From a virus (lineage: Duplodnaviria; Caudoviricetes), in IMG/VR virus record IMGVR_UViG_2568526092_000002, positions 1-64,000 of that record: DNA of 64,000 nt; one strand, written 5' to 3'. The notes under the pieces were generated by a model. It saw only the letters and a list, made by a program, of their open reading frames with translations. It was not told the DNA's origin and did no database searches. Below are positions 37,239-46,829 of the stretch, piece by piece. Each line of letters opens with the position of its first letter. Position 1 is the first letter of the stretch. The position numbers and the translations under genes were made by a program.

Positions 37239-40157
37239 TTAAGCGGGGTCTCCTACGACTCTGACATCGAAGAAGCCGCCGCCAATGGCTTTTCTTGAAG
37301 TGCTTATTCTTACGTAAAACGTAGCTTGTTCACCGTGCTCAAGAGAACTTAATTCCAGCATGTGCGTTGGTGTGAACGGTTTGTCTGTCAGGCTCAACTG
37401 CACTTCTTCGTCTACGGGGTCTAAGTCCTTCTGTGCCGTGGTTAGTATAATATTCTTGACCTTGTACCCTACCGTATTCTTTAGGAATACCTTGAAAGTA
37501 CCTGAGGTGTTACCCGCCACGACAGTACCGACTTCAAGATAACGAAGAACCTCTCCGATATCGGTAGAGTAGAATTGGTTACTTTCAGAGACGAACATCA
37601 GCCCTGCGTATTCAATCAGAGGATTAGTCACCCAACTAGATGTGACTCCCATGTCGTCTTCCATGACAATCTTTACCTCATGCACGTTACCCAAAATAAT
37701 TGATTCTTTTGGCAGTCTATACTGGACATTAATTGGTGTTGGGAGGTATTGAGTCATTGTCCCAAGTGTAGGAGGGTATACTTGATTCCCGTTCACTAGA
37801 ATCTTGTACCTTACAGCGTCTCCGTCACCGTCAGTAATATTGGCATATAACATCTGCCCCCTGACCGATGCTTCTTCAGCTTTGGCTTCTGCATTGAACT
37901 TCTTGATCGTAAAGGATTTTGTCACAGTAGAGCCGAACTCGTCCACAACATTGACCGTTACTAAGTTGTCACCAATGGAGAGTCTGCTGTTCCTAATGGT
38001 GTGAACGTATGTGTAAGGAGTCTTGAGGTTTTCCGTGAAACCTGACTCTGGATATTCCGCCTCCCCGTTTATCAAAATCCGGAACTTTGTCATATCCCTC
38101 TCAGCGTCAAACACAGCAACCTCCAGGGTCACATTTTCCTTGTGGCAAGTCAGAGTCGAAGCCGTCAGGTTAAGGTTAGTATCTGTGTTTATCTTGGCGA
38201 TGTTTAATACAAAAACAGAAATGCTCCCGCTAGAATCAAGTGCTTCCACGGTCACGGTGTTGATTCCGATTTCTAAATCTTTGTTCATTAGTAGATGATT
38301 TACTGCGATTGGAGAAGGCAGTGTAGTTACCGATACCTTCTCCACACCATTCACGAAGACTTTATAAGACATTGGCTTATTGTCGATATGGGATATACTA
38401 CCTGTAAGAGTATAGTCTTGCCTAGCCACAGTAGCAGGAGTTACCTTCATGTCGTTGAAATATGGCTTCCTGTTTCCAATTTTCAGTTGGGTCAGAGCGT
38501 ACTGGTAGCCGTTAGCCGTTACAAACGTTTCCCCGTCATAGTTATAACTTGAAGCGTTGAAGTAGCTGTTAACGTTATTTGCAATCGGGTAGGCATTAGC
38601 TAAATGCCCATCTCTAACACCAAACGCTCCTACGTGCGTCCCTGTTGAAGTAGGAAGAAACACATAGTCATCAGTCACCGCGAAGCTACAAAGGTTGTTT
38701 GGGAAATACCAAGGAATATCTGTAACGAACTCAGGTACAACGTTGTCCGTATCAAGCTTAATCCTGTAAAGCTTGGCGATACTTCCGGCCGATTGGTGGT
38801 TAGCTAATACGTAGGCGTACCCGTCATTTGTCTGCTTGTTGATTGCAAACTTTACGCCCGCCCAACTATTTAGCGTGTCTCCACTAGCCACGCTATTCAC
38901 GATACTGTAAGCCTTAACAAGAGAGACACTCCACGACATACCATTCTTAGTGATTAGGTATTTATGCATCGTAAACGGGTCTTCATTATGGACGGTGTAA
39001 AGGTGTCCGTTGAAGGGGTTGTAATCGTAGCAGTCAGGGTATGATGTGGTTTGTCGCCACCCTGTTATTTGGTAAGATCTTACGCCCTGAACAGCGCCAC
39101 GGATGTTGGTGGCCCTAGTCATGTGCCAGATATCATTACCGCCGTGACCCGTATCCCCGATAACGTCCAGCGTATTGTCAATCTGAACCAATTGCATATT
39201 GTACGTATACCAAGCAGGGATACTCCCCATATTTTTAATAGAGCTGTCAAACCCCTTGCTTAGAACGTCTCCGTAGAACTCCACTTGCTGAATCGTTTGG
39301 TCTTTACTTGCCCCCTTCCTGACAAGGGTTACACTCTTTCCGTACCAATTACCATTTAACGTAGTGTAGGTCCCTGTAATAGTTATGTTGTCCGCTACCT
39401 TGAGGTTATCTATATATATGGAAGTATTATACATAGGGAAGCTTACGTGAGACCTGAACTTCAGTTGAGTAAACCTAATTGGCGTGTCCCACTGGAACAT
39501 GAACCCTGCGTACAGGTCTCCGTTGTCGTCAAACGGGTAAGAAGTACTTCCGGTCATTAAGGCGGTAGGATTCCACCCACTGTACCCACTGGCAAATGCG
39601 TAGTCGTACTGAGGGGCAACATTCTCAATAGAATCTGTGTACCATTGCCCGATAAGTCCATTACCTGCGGGCAGCCCTTCTGGCGTGGTCATTGCTAACG
39701 AGACTTCTGCTGCAGATAACTTTCTGTTCCAAATACGAAAATTGCGTATATAGCCATTAAACAAGTAACTACCACTAGCCCCAAAGCCACCAATCCAAGC
39801 AACATTAGTGACTGAACGGTTAGCGTTGGATGCGTTTCGGTTGGATATGACTTGCTTCACTCCGTCGACGTATAGTTCCACGTTCGTTGCGTTGGGTATT
39901 CCATTGTAGAATACTCCCGCTACATGTACCCATCTGTTGGCCAGGGAAGCGCTAGGGATTCCTAATACATCGCTGTTGTTTGTGTTAAATCCAAAACCGC
40001 CACCAGAAAAATAGAGGTCATAGTTACTCCAACCAAACGGCATAACGCCTTCTACTCCACGCCAGTACATCCAAAATTCAACAGTGTTTTGCGCCCCCGA
40101 CGCAAGGTTAACCCCTGTCGCATCAATCTGAACACGTTGACCTTTTAGATTAGCCAT
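37239..40157 (-). CDS. LamG/concanavalin-like adhesin with Ig-like units and shared C-terminal domain
   Basis: TVEFWM...RWVHVAGV...LYVDG...FNGYIRNFRIWNRKLSAAEV is a LamG-like signature. Confidence 0.8.
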   Translation of the reverse strand: MANLKGQRVQIDATGVNLASGAQNTVEFWMYWRGVEGVMPFGWSNYDLYFSGGGFGFNTNNSDVLGIPSASLANRWVHVAGVFYNGIPNATNVELYVDGVKQVISNRNASNANRSVTNVAWIGGFGASGSYLFNGYIRNFRIWNRKLSAAEVSLAMTTPEGLPAGNGLIGQWYTDSIENVAPQYDYAFASGYSGWNPTALMTGSTSYPFDDNGDLYAGFMFQWDTPIRFTQLKFRSHVSFPMYNTSIYIDNLKVADNITITGTYTTLNGNWYGKSVTLVRKGASKDQTIQQVEFYGDVLSKGFDSSIKNMGSIPAWYTYNMQLVQIDNTLDVIGDTGHGGNDIWHMTRATNIRGAVQGVRSYQITGWRQTTSYPDCYDYNPFNGHLYTVHNEDPFTMHKYLITKNGMSWSVSLVKAYSIVNSVASGDTLNSWAGVKFAINKQTNDGYAYVLANHQSAGSIAKLYRIKLDTDNVVPEFVTDIPWYFPNNLCSFAVTDDYVFLPTSTGTHVGAFGVRDGHLANAYPIANNVNSYFNASSYNYDGETFVTANGYQYALTQLKIGNRKPYFNDMKVTPATVARQDYTLTGSISHIDNKPMSYKVFVNGVEKVSVTTLPSPIAVNHLLMNKDLEIGINTVTVEALDSSGSISVFVLNIAKINTDTNLNLTASTLTCHKENVTLEVAVFDAERDMTKFRILINGEAEYPESGFTENLKTPYTYVHTIRNSRLSIGDNLVTVNVVDEFGSTVTKSFTIKKFNAEAKAEEASVRGQMLYANITDGDGDAVRYKILVNGNQVYPPTLGTMTQYLPTPINVQYRLPKESIILGNVHEVKIVMEDDMGVTSSWVTNPLIEYAGLMFVSESNQFYSTDIGEVLRYLEVGTVVAGNTSGTFKVFLKNTVGYKVKNIILTTAQKDLDPVDEEVQLSLTDKPFTPTHMLELSSLEHGEQATFYVRISTSRKAIGGGFFDVRVVGDPA

Positions 40158-40174
40158 TATATTGACCTCTCTTC

Positions 40175-42214
40175 CTACAGGGCATTGCCTGTTACTTTAA
40201 TCTTGAAGTTTCCGCCGCCAACCGCATCATCGTTCATAGTCAATCGAACGTAAAACTTCAGTGTGTCTCCTGTGTCGTATAAGTCAGGGTAAAGAAGCTC
40301 ACTCTCAGGAGAAAACGGTGCATTACTTTGGCTTATTTCAACCTTCTCTGATACAGGATCAAGTTCTCCTTGAATGGGTGTCAGCTTAATGTTCTTCACC
40401 GGATACCCTAGGGTGTTCTCTACAGTAATTTCATAGATGCCTGACTGCTCTCTTGCGTAAAGGACTCCAACGTTTAGGTATTTAAGAAGAGTACCGAAGT
40501 CAGTCGTGTAAAAGTTACTTTCCGTATCTTTAAACATCAATCCGCTGTACCCTAGTGCTCCTGTACTTGTCCACATATCTGTATCGCCCGCCGAATCAAC
40601 CACCTCCACAACAACCGTGTTTGATTGGTTAGTGATTACTTCTTTCTTGGGTAACGTGTACATGATTGACGTTGGAGAAGGGAAGGGAATGGAGTAGCCT
40701 GATTCTGGAATAACCTGCTTCCCATTCAGTAACACTCTGAACCTTACTTGGTCTCCGTCAGGGTCATTAAAGTCCATGTAAAGCGTGTTACCTTTCATGA
40801 CTACACTGACCACTGGCTTCTTGTTAAGTTTTGTGATTGTGCTTTGACCGGACACTACGGTAGTGTTGGTCTTAAAGTTATCTTTCACTTCAATCTTAAC
40901 TTCGTTAGCACCCATATTTAATTGGTCAGACCTGAACGAACGTCTAACAATAAGCGGGGAGTTGTACCCCGATACTGTCCAATCGTCCAAAGGAACGTCG
41001 TTCAAGAGAATCCTGTAAGTCATTAAGTCTGTTGGTTCGTCCGTCACTATTGCTTCAAAAACAACGTTCTCTTTGTGGGTAGTGGCACTTGATACGGAAG
41101 TCACTATACTAGGTTGGTCATTGGTTACGGTGATAGTAAATACCTTTGTGCTTATGCCGCCATAGTTATCCTTTAACTCTAAGGTGAATGTGTTCGCCCC
41201 AATGTTCATAAGAGAGATAGGAACTATCACACTATTATTAGTCACTGGAAGTGGCAGTAAAGGTGCAAAGTTATTTAACTCAGTCCCGTTTATTAAGGCA
41301 CGGAACGTTGCAGAAACGGTGCTTCCCCTTGAGTCACCAGTAATATCGAACTTTATTGCAAGGTCGTTCGCGTGAGTCGTAGTAGGGATGGTTGTGTTAG
41401 CTACATCAAGAGTGGTGAGGAATAGTGTCTTGAGTGTAGGGCCGAAGGTAAAGTAGTAAGCTATGCCGGGTTGTGTAGGGTTAGGCTGAATACATCCAGC
41501 CGCCCCGTTGATTGCTGTTACTCCGAACGAGGGTAGGTTGGAGTTTGTCATCTTGCTTCCTACGAGTGCCCCTGTATTCACATCAAAGCAACCAAGGAGA
41601 CCATCGGTTTCGTTTGAGCCTGAACCCCAATAAGCCTTGTCTCCCGCAACGTACAGACCGCTCCCTGTGTAGCTTGAGTCTAACGAGTAACCACCACCTT
41701 CGATGGTGCATGTCTTTACCATAGCCGCTGTCTTATTATTTAAGTCCCACTTATAAAGACCGTTGCCAGATCTGTTCCAGAACCATACGTACTGCCCGCC
41801 ATCCCATCCACCACGACCATAGCTACTCATGGTACTAGGTGCGCTGTACTGGACACGGCTAACAACTGCTTGGTCACTCTGTCTAATAGTCCACATAAAC
41901 AAAAGGTTGTGGCTACTCGACCACCCAACAATGTAGTCCTGACCATTCTCTGTGAACACGGCGTATCCGTAAGGGACAGAACTTCCACTTCTACAGATGT
42001 ACGAAATATAACTGTCATCACTGACCCAATTTCGGCTTCTTACATATGAACCGAGAGTGCCGTCAGAGTTTTTATTGTAAACATATACATTGTTCAAGTT
42101 TTGGTATGCAACGTATATGTATTTATCTCCAACCATAACGTCAGCAATGTTCCCCGTAAGTGTTTGGGAAGTCGCCTGACCTGTAAAAACTAAGTCACCA
42201 ATTTGATATGGCAT
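40175..42214 (-). CDS. Putative beta-propeller adhesin with Ig-like units and shared C-terminal domain
   Basis: W/Y/G-rich beta N-terminus; the C-terminal ~330 aa are paralogous to the two neighbours. Confidence 0.7.
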   Translation of the reverse strand: MPYQIGDLVFTGQATSQTLTGNIADVMVGDKYIYVAYQNLNNVYVYNKNSDGTLGSYVRSRNWVSDDSYISYICRSGSSVPYGYAVFTENGQDYIVGWSSSHNLLFMWTIRQSDQAVVSRVQYSAPSTMSSYGRGGWDGGQYVWFWNRSGNGLYKWDLNNKTAAMVKTCTIEGGGYSLDSSYTGSGLYVAGDKAYWGSGSNETDGLLGCFDVNTGALVGSKMTNSNLPSFGVTAINGAAGCIQPNPTQPGIAYYFTFGPTLKTLFLTTLDVANTTIPTTTHANDLAIKFDITGDSRGSTVSATFRALINGTELNNFAPLLPLPVTNNSVIVPISLMNIGANTFTLELKDNYGGISTKVFTITVTNDQPSIVTSVSSATTHKENVVFEAIVTDEPTDLMTYRILLNDVPLDDWTVSGYNSPLIVRRSFRSDQLNMGANEVKIEVKDNFKTNTTVVSGQSTITKLNKKPVVSVVMKGNTLYMDFNDPDGDQVRFRVLLNGKQVIPESGYSIPFPSPTSIMYTLPKKEVITNQSNTVVVEVVDSAGDTDMWTSTGALGYSGLMFKDTESNFYTTDFGTLLKYLNVGVLYAREQSGIYEITVENTLGYPVKNIKLTPIQGELDPVSEKVEISQSNAPFSPESELLYPDLYDTGDTLKFYVRLTMNDDAVGGGNFKIKVTGNAL

Positions 42215-42247
42215 GAACGTTTCCTCCTTATATAGAAAAAGACTGTC

Positions 42248-42862
42248 TTAGGAAGACAGTCCGAAATTGACTTCGCCGCCCACGCCTTTTCTGAGTGGTG
42301 CTTTGAGTTCTGTAGCAATGCGATTATTCTTCTTAATCAGGAGCACACCGTCCATCTTTTGGTCTGCGACTAGCCAGAAGTTAATGTGTATCGGCTGACC
42401 GAATGGGATTTTACAAGTAGCCTTGAACTGGAATGTTATTCCGTCAATTTCAATAACGGACTTATACCCGAAGTTATATTGAGTTATAGTAGTGTCAGTG
42501 ATTGTGCCGCCCCGACCACTTGCAAAGTTTACAGTTGATTCAGCATCTTTGTAGGTGATGATATCATTAAACTTTCCGGAGTGACCCGTAAGGTTATACT
42601 CCTTGTCTCCGTCCTTGTAAATAACTTCTATGCCGATGCCGTCAAGGTTGAATACCCCGTCACTCTCGAAGAAAAACTTGCTACCGTGACCCATGACACC
42701 AAATCGAACCAGCCTGTCCCGTTGAATATCGTAGAAGCTGTTCTCTTTTAGTGTGTCAAAGTTAAATTCGGATAGGTAAGTACCGTCATCGTACTCACCC
42801 ACCCATATAAAGTCTTGTCCTACAGGAGAGACCCCGTTGTGCTCATTGAAAATCGAAAGCAT
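42248..42862 (-). CDS. Hypothetical tail-region protein
   Basis: 204 aa, RBS AAGGAGG. Confidence 0.7.
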   Translation of the reverse strand: MLSIFNEHNGVSPVGQDFIWVGEYDDGTYLSEFNFDTLKENSFYDIQRDRLVRFGVMGHGSKFFFESDGVFNLDGIGIEVIYKDGDKEYNLTGHSGKFNDIITYKDAESTVNFASGRGGTITDTTITQYNFGYKSVIEIDGITFQFKATCKIPFGQPIHINFWLVADQKMDGVLLIKKNNRIATELKAPLRKGVGGEVNFGLSS

Positions 42863-42900
42863 GATACAATTTCCTCCTTCATTGTATTGAAGTCAATTTC

Positions 42901-43374
42901 TTACACGTACTGGTAGGACACACGTGTCAAGAATGTTACCAAACCTGCTGTAGCCGTTGGTGGTACGTTTGCACGAAGAGTAACCTTCGAGAAGTTTGCG
43001 GTTGTGTTAGCTGTATTAACGTTACCGTCATTAGCTGGCCCTTTGATTGTTTTCGCAGGAGTGTCGGACTTCGTAGCACGGATATCTTTCGTAACCGTCC
43101 CACCTACAGCCGTAAACGAGGATTCGGATAGCGAGTCAACTTTAACCTCAATCCAAGTATTTGTTACAAGTTCGCCTGTGTTACCGCCCGAACTATCCTT
43201 AGTTGTAAGTGTGCAGTTCTGCATGTCGGAGACTGCTGTCGAACCGCCACGGTTATTCCAAATCAGTACCGTAAAGGTAGTGGACAACGAACCTGCGTCA
43301 ACTGTACCGATATCCCATTGCGTTACTTGCGAAGAGTTATCGGATGTATACCAAGAAACTATTGGTGCTGGCAT
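42901..43374 (-). CDS. Probable structural protein; stand-alone version of the adhesin C-terminal domain
   Basis: WDIGTVDAGSLSTTFTVLIWN aligns with LEVGTVVAGNTSGTFKVFLKN; strong RBS; tandem class I and II promoters upstream. Confidence 0.7.
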   Translation of the reverse strand: MPAPIVSWYTSDNSSQVTQWDIGTVDAGSLSTTFTVLIWNNRGGSTAVSDMQNCTLTTKDSSGGNTGELVTNTWIEVKVDSLSESSFTAVGGTVTKDIRATKSDTPAKTIKGPANDGNVNTANTTANFSKVTLRANVPPTATAGLVTFLTRVSYQYV

Positions 43375-43428
43375 TGTATTTCCTCCCTTAATTGCTTAGT
43401 TCTAGAATTGTTCTTATCAAGCTATAAA

Positions 43429-43458
43429 CAATATAAGTTGGGCAGGTGAAACCTTAAC
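43429..43458 (-). promoter_or_regulatory. Class II (putative late) promoter motif
   Basis: GTTAAG-N17-TATATTG. Confidence 0.6.
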
Positions 43459-43483
43459 AATTGCCGTGTAAAGAATCTAGTAG

Positions 43484-43515
43484 AGTAGTTGCTATGTTAT
43501 CTAGCAGCGTTGCAA
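43484..43515 (-). promoter_or_regulatory. Class I phage promoter motif
   Basis: TTGCAACG-N18-ACTACT. Confidence 0.55.
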
Positions 43516-43517
43516 AA

Positions 43518-43545
43518 TAAAAAGACCCTTAACGGGGTCTTTTTA
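43518..43545 (-). terminator. Intrinsic terminator
   Basis: AAAAAGACCC...GGGGTCTTTTT, with A/T runs on both sides. Confidence 0.7.
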
Positions 43546-44778
43546 TTACAGAATCTTCTTGTACTTGACGTACAGAACATCAGGGATTCCGTCAGTAACC
43601 TTGAGAGTTTCAGGTGCGAAGTTCACACCACGGATTCCTCCGTTTCCGTCCACAAGGTACTCGAAGTTAATAGCAGGTGTCTGTACTTGACCGTTGATGG
43701 ACAGAAGGACAGTCTTAGGTTTAGCCAAGCCGTTAAGGAACACGTACTCAGTTTCGCCGCCAGCCGCTTCAAACACTTCTTCTTCATCTTCAGTTTCAAG
43801 ATTCACTAAGCGGTCGTTCTGAGCCTTAAACTCAGCATCAGCGACAGTCTCAAGGTTAACAATACGCCCCTCAGCAGTGCCGAAGTCTCCTGCTTTAAAG
43901 TAACCATTAGCCGAGTCAGCGTCACGGTCAGCAATACCAGCAGTCAGTGATTCAACGTCAATCACACGCTGTGCAAGGTCAGCTAGGACAGCCTGTACAT
44001 TAGCACCATCGTAGTTAGGATCAACGACTACACCGACAAGGCTTGCTCCTTTAGTCGCCGCTGTGGATGCCAAGTCGTTACGGATAGCTGTATCAGCATC
44101 AGTACGTGCTTGAATCTCGTTGGCAATTTGTTGTACAATGTTAGTCGCAAGATTAGCATTACCATCATTGTCCAGTGTTCCAGAGCCGCCGTAAATATCC
44201 TTCATCAACTGGTTAAGGTTCATGTAGGCTTTAGCGTCAACAGCATCGGCTACAAGACCTGCCCCACCGCTAACAATAGCGTCAACAGGGATTACAGACA
44301 AGTTAGTACGAGTGATGTACTTGTAGTCGATTGTTACAGCGTCAACGAATGTGTAAGGAACTTCTGCTCCTGCAACCTCACTGAAGAAGTCGAGGTAGAA
44401 CTCTCCTGCATCCTCACGAACTTTAGCGTAAACTCGATCGCCGTCATCATCAATGAACGGGAAGTCTTGCGTCCCATTCTTACGTATTTCGAGTTCCTTA
44501 CCGATCACAGTTCCTTCGGTGTTGGAATCTACCGCTACGACAGTGTTCAGAATGTCAGACGTGATTGTGATGGTGTTGAGACCCTCACCTACTGCAACTG
44601 CATTCTTTTGAACGAACACGTCGATTTTGGTATCTTCAAGGGATTCACGATGAGCGTGGAAATCAATATCCAAGTACTTCTCATTGATTTTGTTAGCAAC
44701 GTCGAAGTGGTTGTTACGCATCAACTTGTTGTTCAACTGCTCACCACGGAATCTAGCAATACCTCTAGTTCCTGCCAT
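43546..44778 (-). CDS. Tail fibre/collar-like structural protein
   Basis: Start MAGTRG at 44778; coiled-coil centre, small beta C-terminal domain (V...NG..Q....EY). Confidence 0.55.
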   Translation of the reverse strand: MAGTRGIARFRGEQLNNKLMRNNHFDVANKINEKYLDIDFHAHRESLEDTKIDVFVQKNAVAVGEGLNTITITSDILNTVVAVDSNTEGTVIGKELEIRKNGTQDFPFIDDDGDRVYAKVREDAGEFYLDFFSEVAGAEVPYTFVDAVTIDYKYITRTNLSVIPVDAIVSGGAGLVADAVDAKAYMNLNQLMKDIYGGSGTLDNDGNANLATNIVQQIANEIQARTDADTAIRNDLASTAATKGASLVGVVVDPNYDGANVQAVLADLAQRVIDVESLTAGIADRDADSANGYFKAGDFGTAEGRIVNLETVADAEFKAQNDRLVNLETEDEEEVFEAAGGETEYVFLNGLAKPKTVLLSINGQVQTPAINFEYLVDGNGGIRGVNFAPETLKVTDGIPDVLYVKYKKIL

Positions 44779-44830
44779 ATTTTTCACCTCTCTTATTATC
44801 ATTTTGCGGTGTCTTCCTTTACCGCAGATA

Positions 44831-44860
44831 CATTATAAGCAAGAAATCAAATATTTTACC
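44831..44860 (-). promoter_or_regulatory. Class II (putative late) promoter motif
   Basis: GGTAAA-N17-TATAATG. Confidence 0.55.
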
Positions 44861-44882
44861 TGATAGGTGGTAGACTGAGGTA

Positions 44883-45722
44883 CTACCTCAGCCGAATCAC
44901 TAGTTCTATAGTGACACCTTCAATGCCTTCGCCCCGTTCGACCACGTTAACGCGGAAGTGGTCATCCTTGTTGATTCGAGGAACGGATACAGCGTAAGGT
45001 CTACTTGACGTTCTACTAGAACGCTCATCCCCATCCACGACAAGGTTGGTATGGAAGATTGTCTCCCACACAGGGGTTGCGCTGTCGTAGCTTTCCTGAG
45101 AACACTTTTCAATCTGGAATGCGGTGTCTGCTATCCCTTCACGGGAAGTGGAAGCATAAACCTCAGTGATATCTCCCTCATACGGGAATCTCATGACTAG
45201 CTTGGCTATACCATCAAATACCCGACTCAGGACGAACACTATTGTCTTTGATTCAGCCCGCCGCTCAATAGAATCGAGACGGTCGTCAAGGCTATTGAAG
45301 GGAGCATGTCCGTCCTTGTATTGCCTAGCCTTATGTACCTCTTCTTCCAGAGCCAAGAACCTGAGCCCATCAATGTTGTCATTTCCTTGGCGGTATTCCG
45401 GTTTCCAAGTCCTGATAAGGATTTCATCGCCAACCTGTAGCTGTACAGTCTGTCCAGCATACGGCGTGTCTCCTTGATACTTGCCCAGGTCCAGACGGAT
45501 AGTTGTAGGGTCAATCTCTTCGTAGCCACCGCCTTCCAGCAAGTGTGCTCCGTTAAAGTACACATCTAATTGCTTAGTGCCCTCCCGGTATTCATGGTCA
45601 AGGTGAAGAAACAGCCCACGCTCTAACGCAAGGTACTGCTCGTCTACAATGATTTCCTGCTCGTCCCAATATTGAAACACCCCTCCACCGTAGCGCCGAA
45701 GGGTCATCTTAGTTCCTGCCAT
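44883..45722 (-). CDS. Tail-region structural protein
   Basis: LDVYFNG..L....YEE..PT.IRL beta motif; SLDDRLDSIE segment. Confidence 0.6.
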   Translation of the reverse strand: MAGTKMTLRRYGGGVFQYWDEQEIIVDEQYLALERGLFLHLDHEYREGTKQLDVYFNGAHLLEGGGYEEIDPTTIRLDLGKYQGDTPYAGQTVQLQVGDEILIRTWKPEYRQGNDNIDGLRFLALEEEVHKARQYKDGHAPFNSLDDRLDSIERRAESKTIVFVLSRVFDGIAKLVMRFPYEGDITEVYASTSREGIADTAFQIEKCSQESYDSATPVWETIFHTNLVVDGDERSSRTSSRPYAVSVPRINKDDHFRVNVVERGEGIEGVTIELVIRLR

Positions 45723-45736
45723 TCACTCTCACCTCC

Positions 45737-46819
45737 TTACGTGTGGTTAATATCCAGAATAAAGTGCAGAGGTTTAATCTGGAAACGGTCTTCCATCTTC
45801 TCGACTTTCATCCAGAACTTTCGTTCCCCAAGAGGTGGCAAACTGTCCATGTCCAGAAGCTTTGAGAAATCCCCAGTCGGCATATCTGCTCCATCATCAT
45901 GGCAAATATCTGCCCACTCGTACCCAAACGTCTCCATATACTTTAGGATACCAAGGGATATAGTATTTGCAGGCTTCTCCTTGGAAGGGTTCTGTAGTAC
46001 CATCTGAACAAGAATCTGATTGTCGTACATAGTTCCAAGATACGTGTCGGTCTCCTTGTTAAGTTCTTTACCATTCCAGACGACCTTCAGTTCTGTACCG
46101 AACAGGTAAATGTCGCCACCATAGATATCGAAAGCACCAAGGCTGGACAGGAGCGTCCCTTGCGTATCATAGACTCTAATAATGCCGTTGTACGGGACAG
46201 CGGGTAGTTCAATCTCGCACCCCGTCCAGTTTGGTTCGACTACAGCCGAAGCCACCGAATTACCATCAGGGTCACAAAGGTAAACTGAGTACCCCATTGG
46301 TAGATTACCTACTGTAATCTTGTCACTCTTGCAGACTACGACTCTATCAAGATTGATCGTATCGAAGTTATCCTGCTCACGGTTCTTCAGGATGACTCCC
46401 ATCTTCTCAGCTACCATAGGAGCGGTGTCGAATATCTCCCATCCACTTCCGCGGTCTGCATAGAACGTCCACTTATTCCCTTTCTTCAAAGCCCGCCATT
46501 TGCTGTATTCTCTTGTGGTGGTGTCCTTACTCTCAAGAAACTCCAAGCGGTGGTATCCATCTTGCCAGATGATAATACCGCCTTCATCGAGAAGTTCCGT
46601 GGGCACATAGTCTGCTGTCACTTCCATTAAAACGGTCTGCTCTTCAGGAACGTCAAACATAATAGAAGTATCGTTGTCTGTGTGCGGCATAATGACCTGA
46701 CCCAAAGGATTGTCGATTGAAATAGCATCACTAGGTGAAAGGGCATAGCGGGAATGGATGCTCCCGCTATCGAACCTATCATCGAAGATTAAGCCACTCG
46801 ACTTTTTATAGACTCCCAA
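45737..46819 (-). CDS. Tail-region protein, lectin-like N-terminus, anchor-like C-terminus
   Basis: FDDRFDSG...GGIIIWQD...W(EIF) beta-sandwich; C-terminal YLGTM...LQNP...L...FWMKV resembles the shared anchor. Confidence 0.55.
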   Translation of the reverse strand: MGVYKKSSGLIFDDRFDSGSIHSRYALSPSDAISIDNPLGQVIMPHTDNDTSIMFDVPEEQTVLMEVTADYVPTELLDEGGIIIWQDGYHRLEFLESKDTTTREYSKWRALKKGNKWTFYADRGSGWEIFDTAPMVAEKMGVILKNREQDNFDTINLDRVVVCKSDKITVGNLPMGYSVYLCDPDGNSVASAVVEPNWTGCEIELPAVPYNGIIRVYDTQGTLLSSLGAFDIYGGDIYLFGTELKVVWNGKELNKETDTYLGTMYDNQILVQMVLQNPSKEKPANTISLGILKYMETFGYEWADICHDDGADMPTGDFSKLLDMDSLPPLGERKFWMKVEKMEDRFQIKPLHFILDINHT

Positions 46820-46829
46820 TTATTATCAC

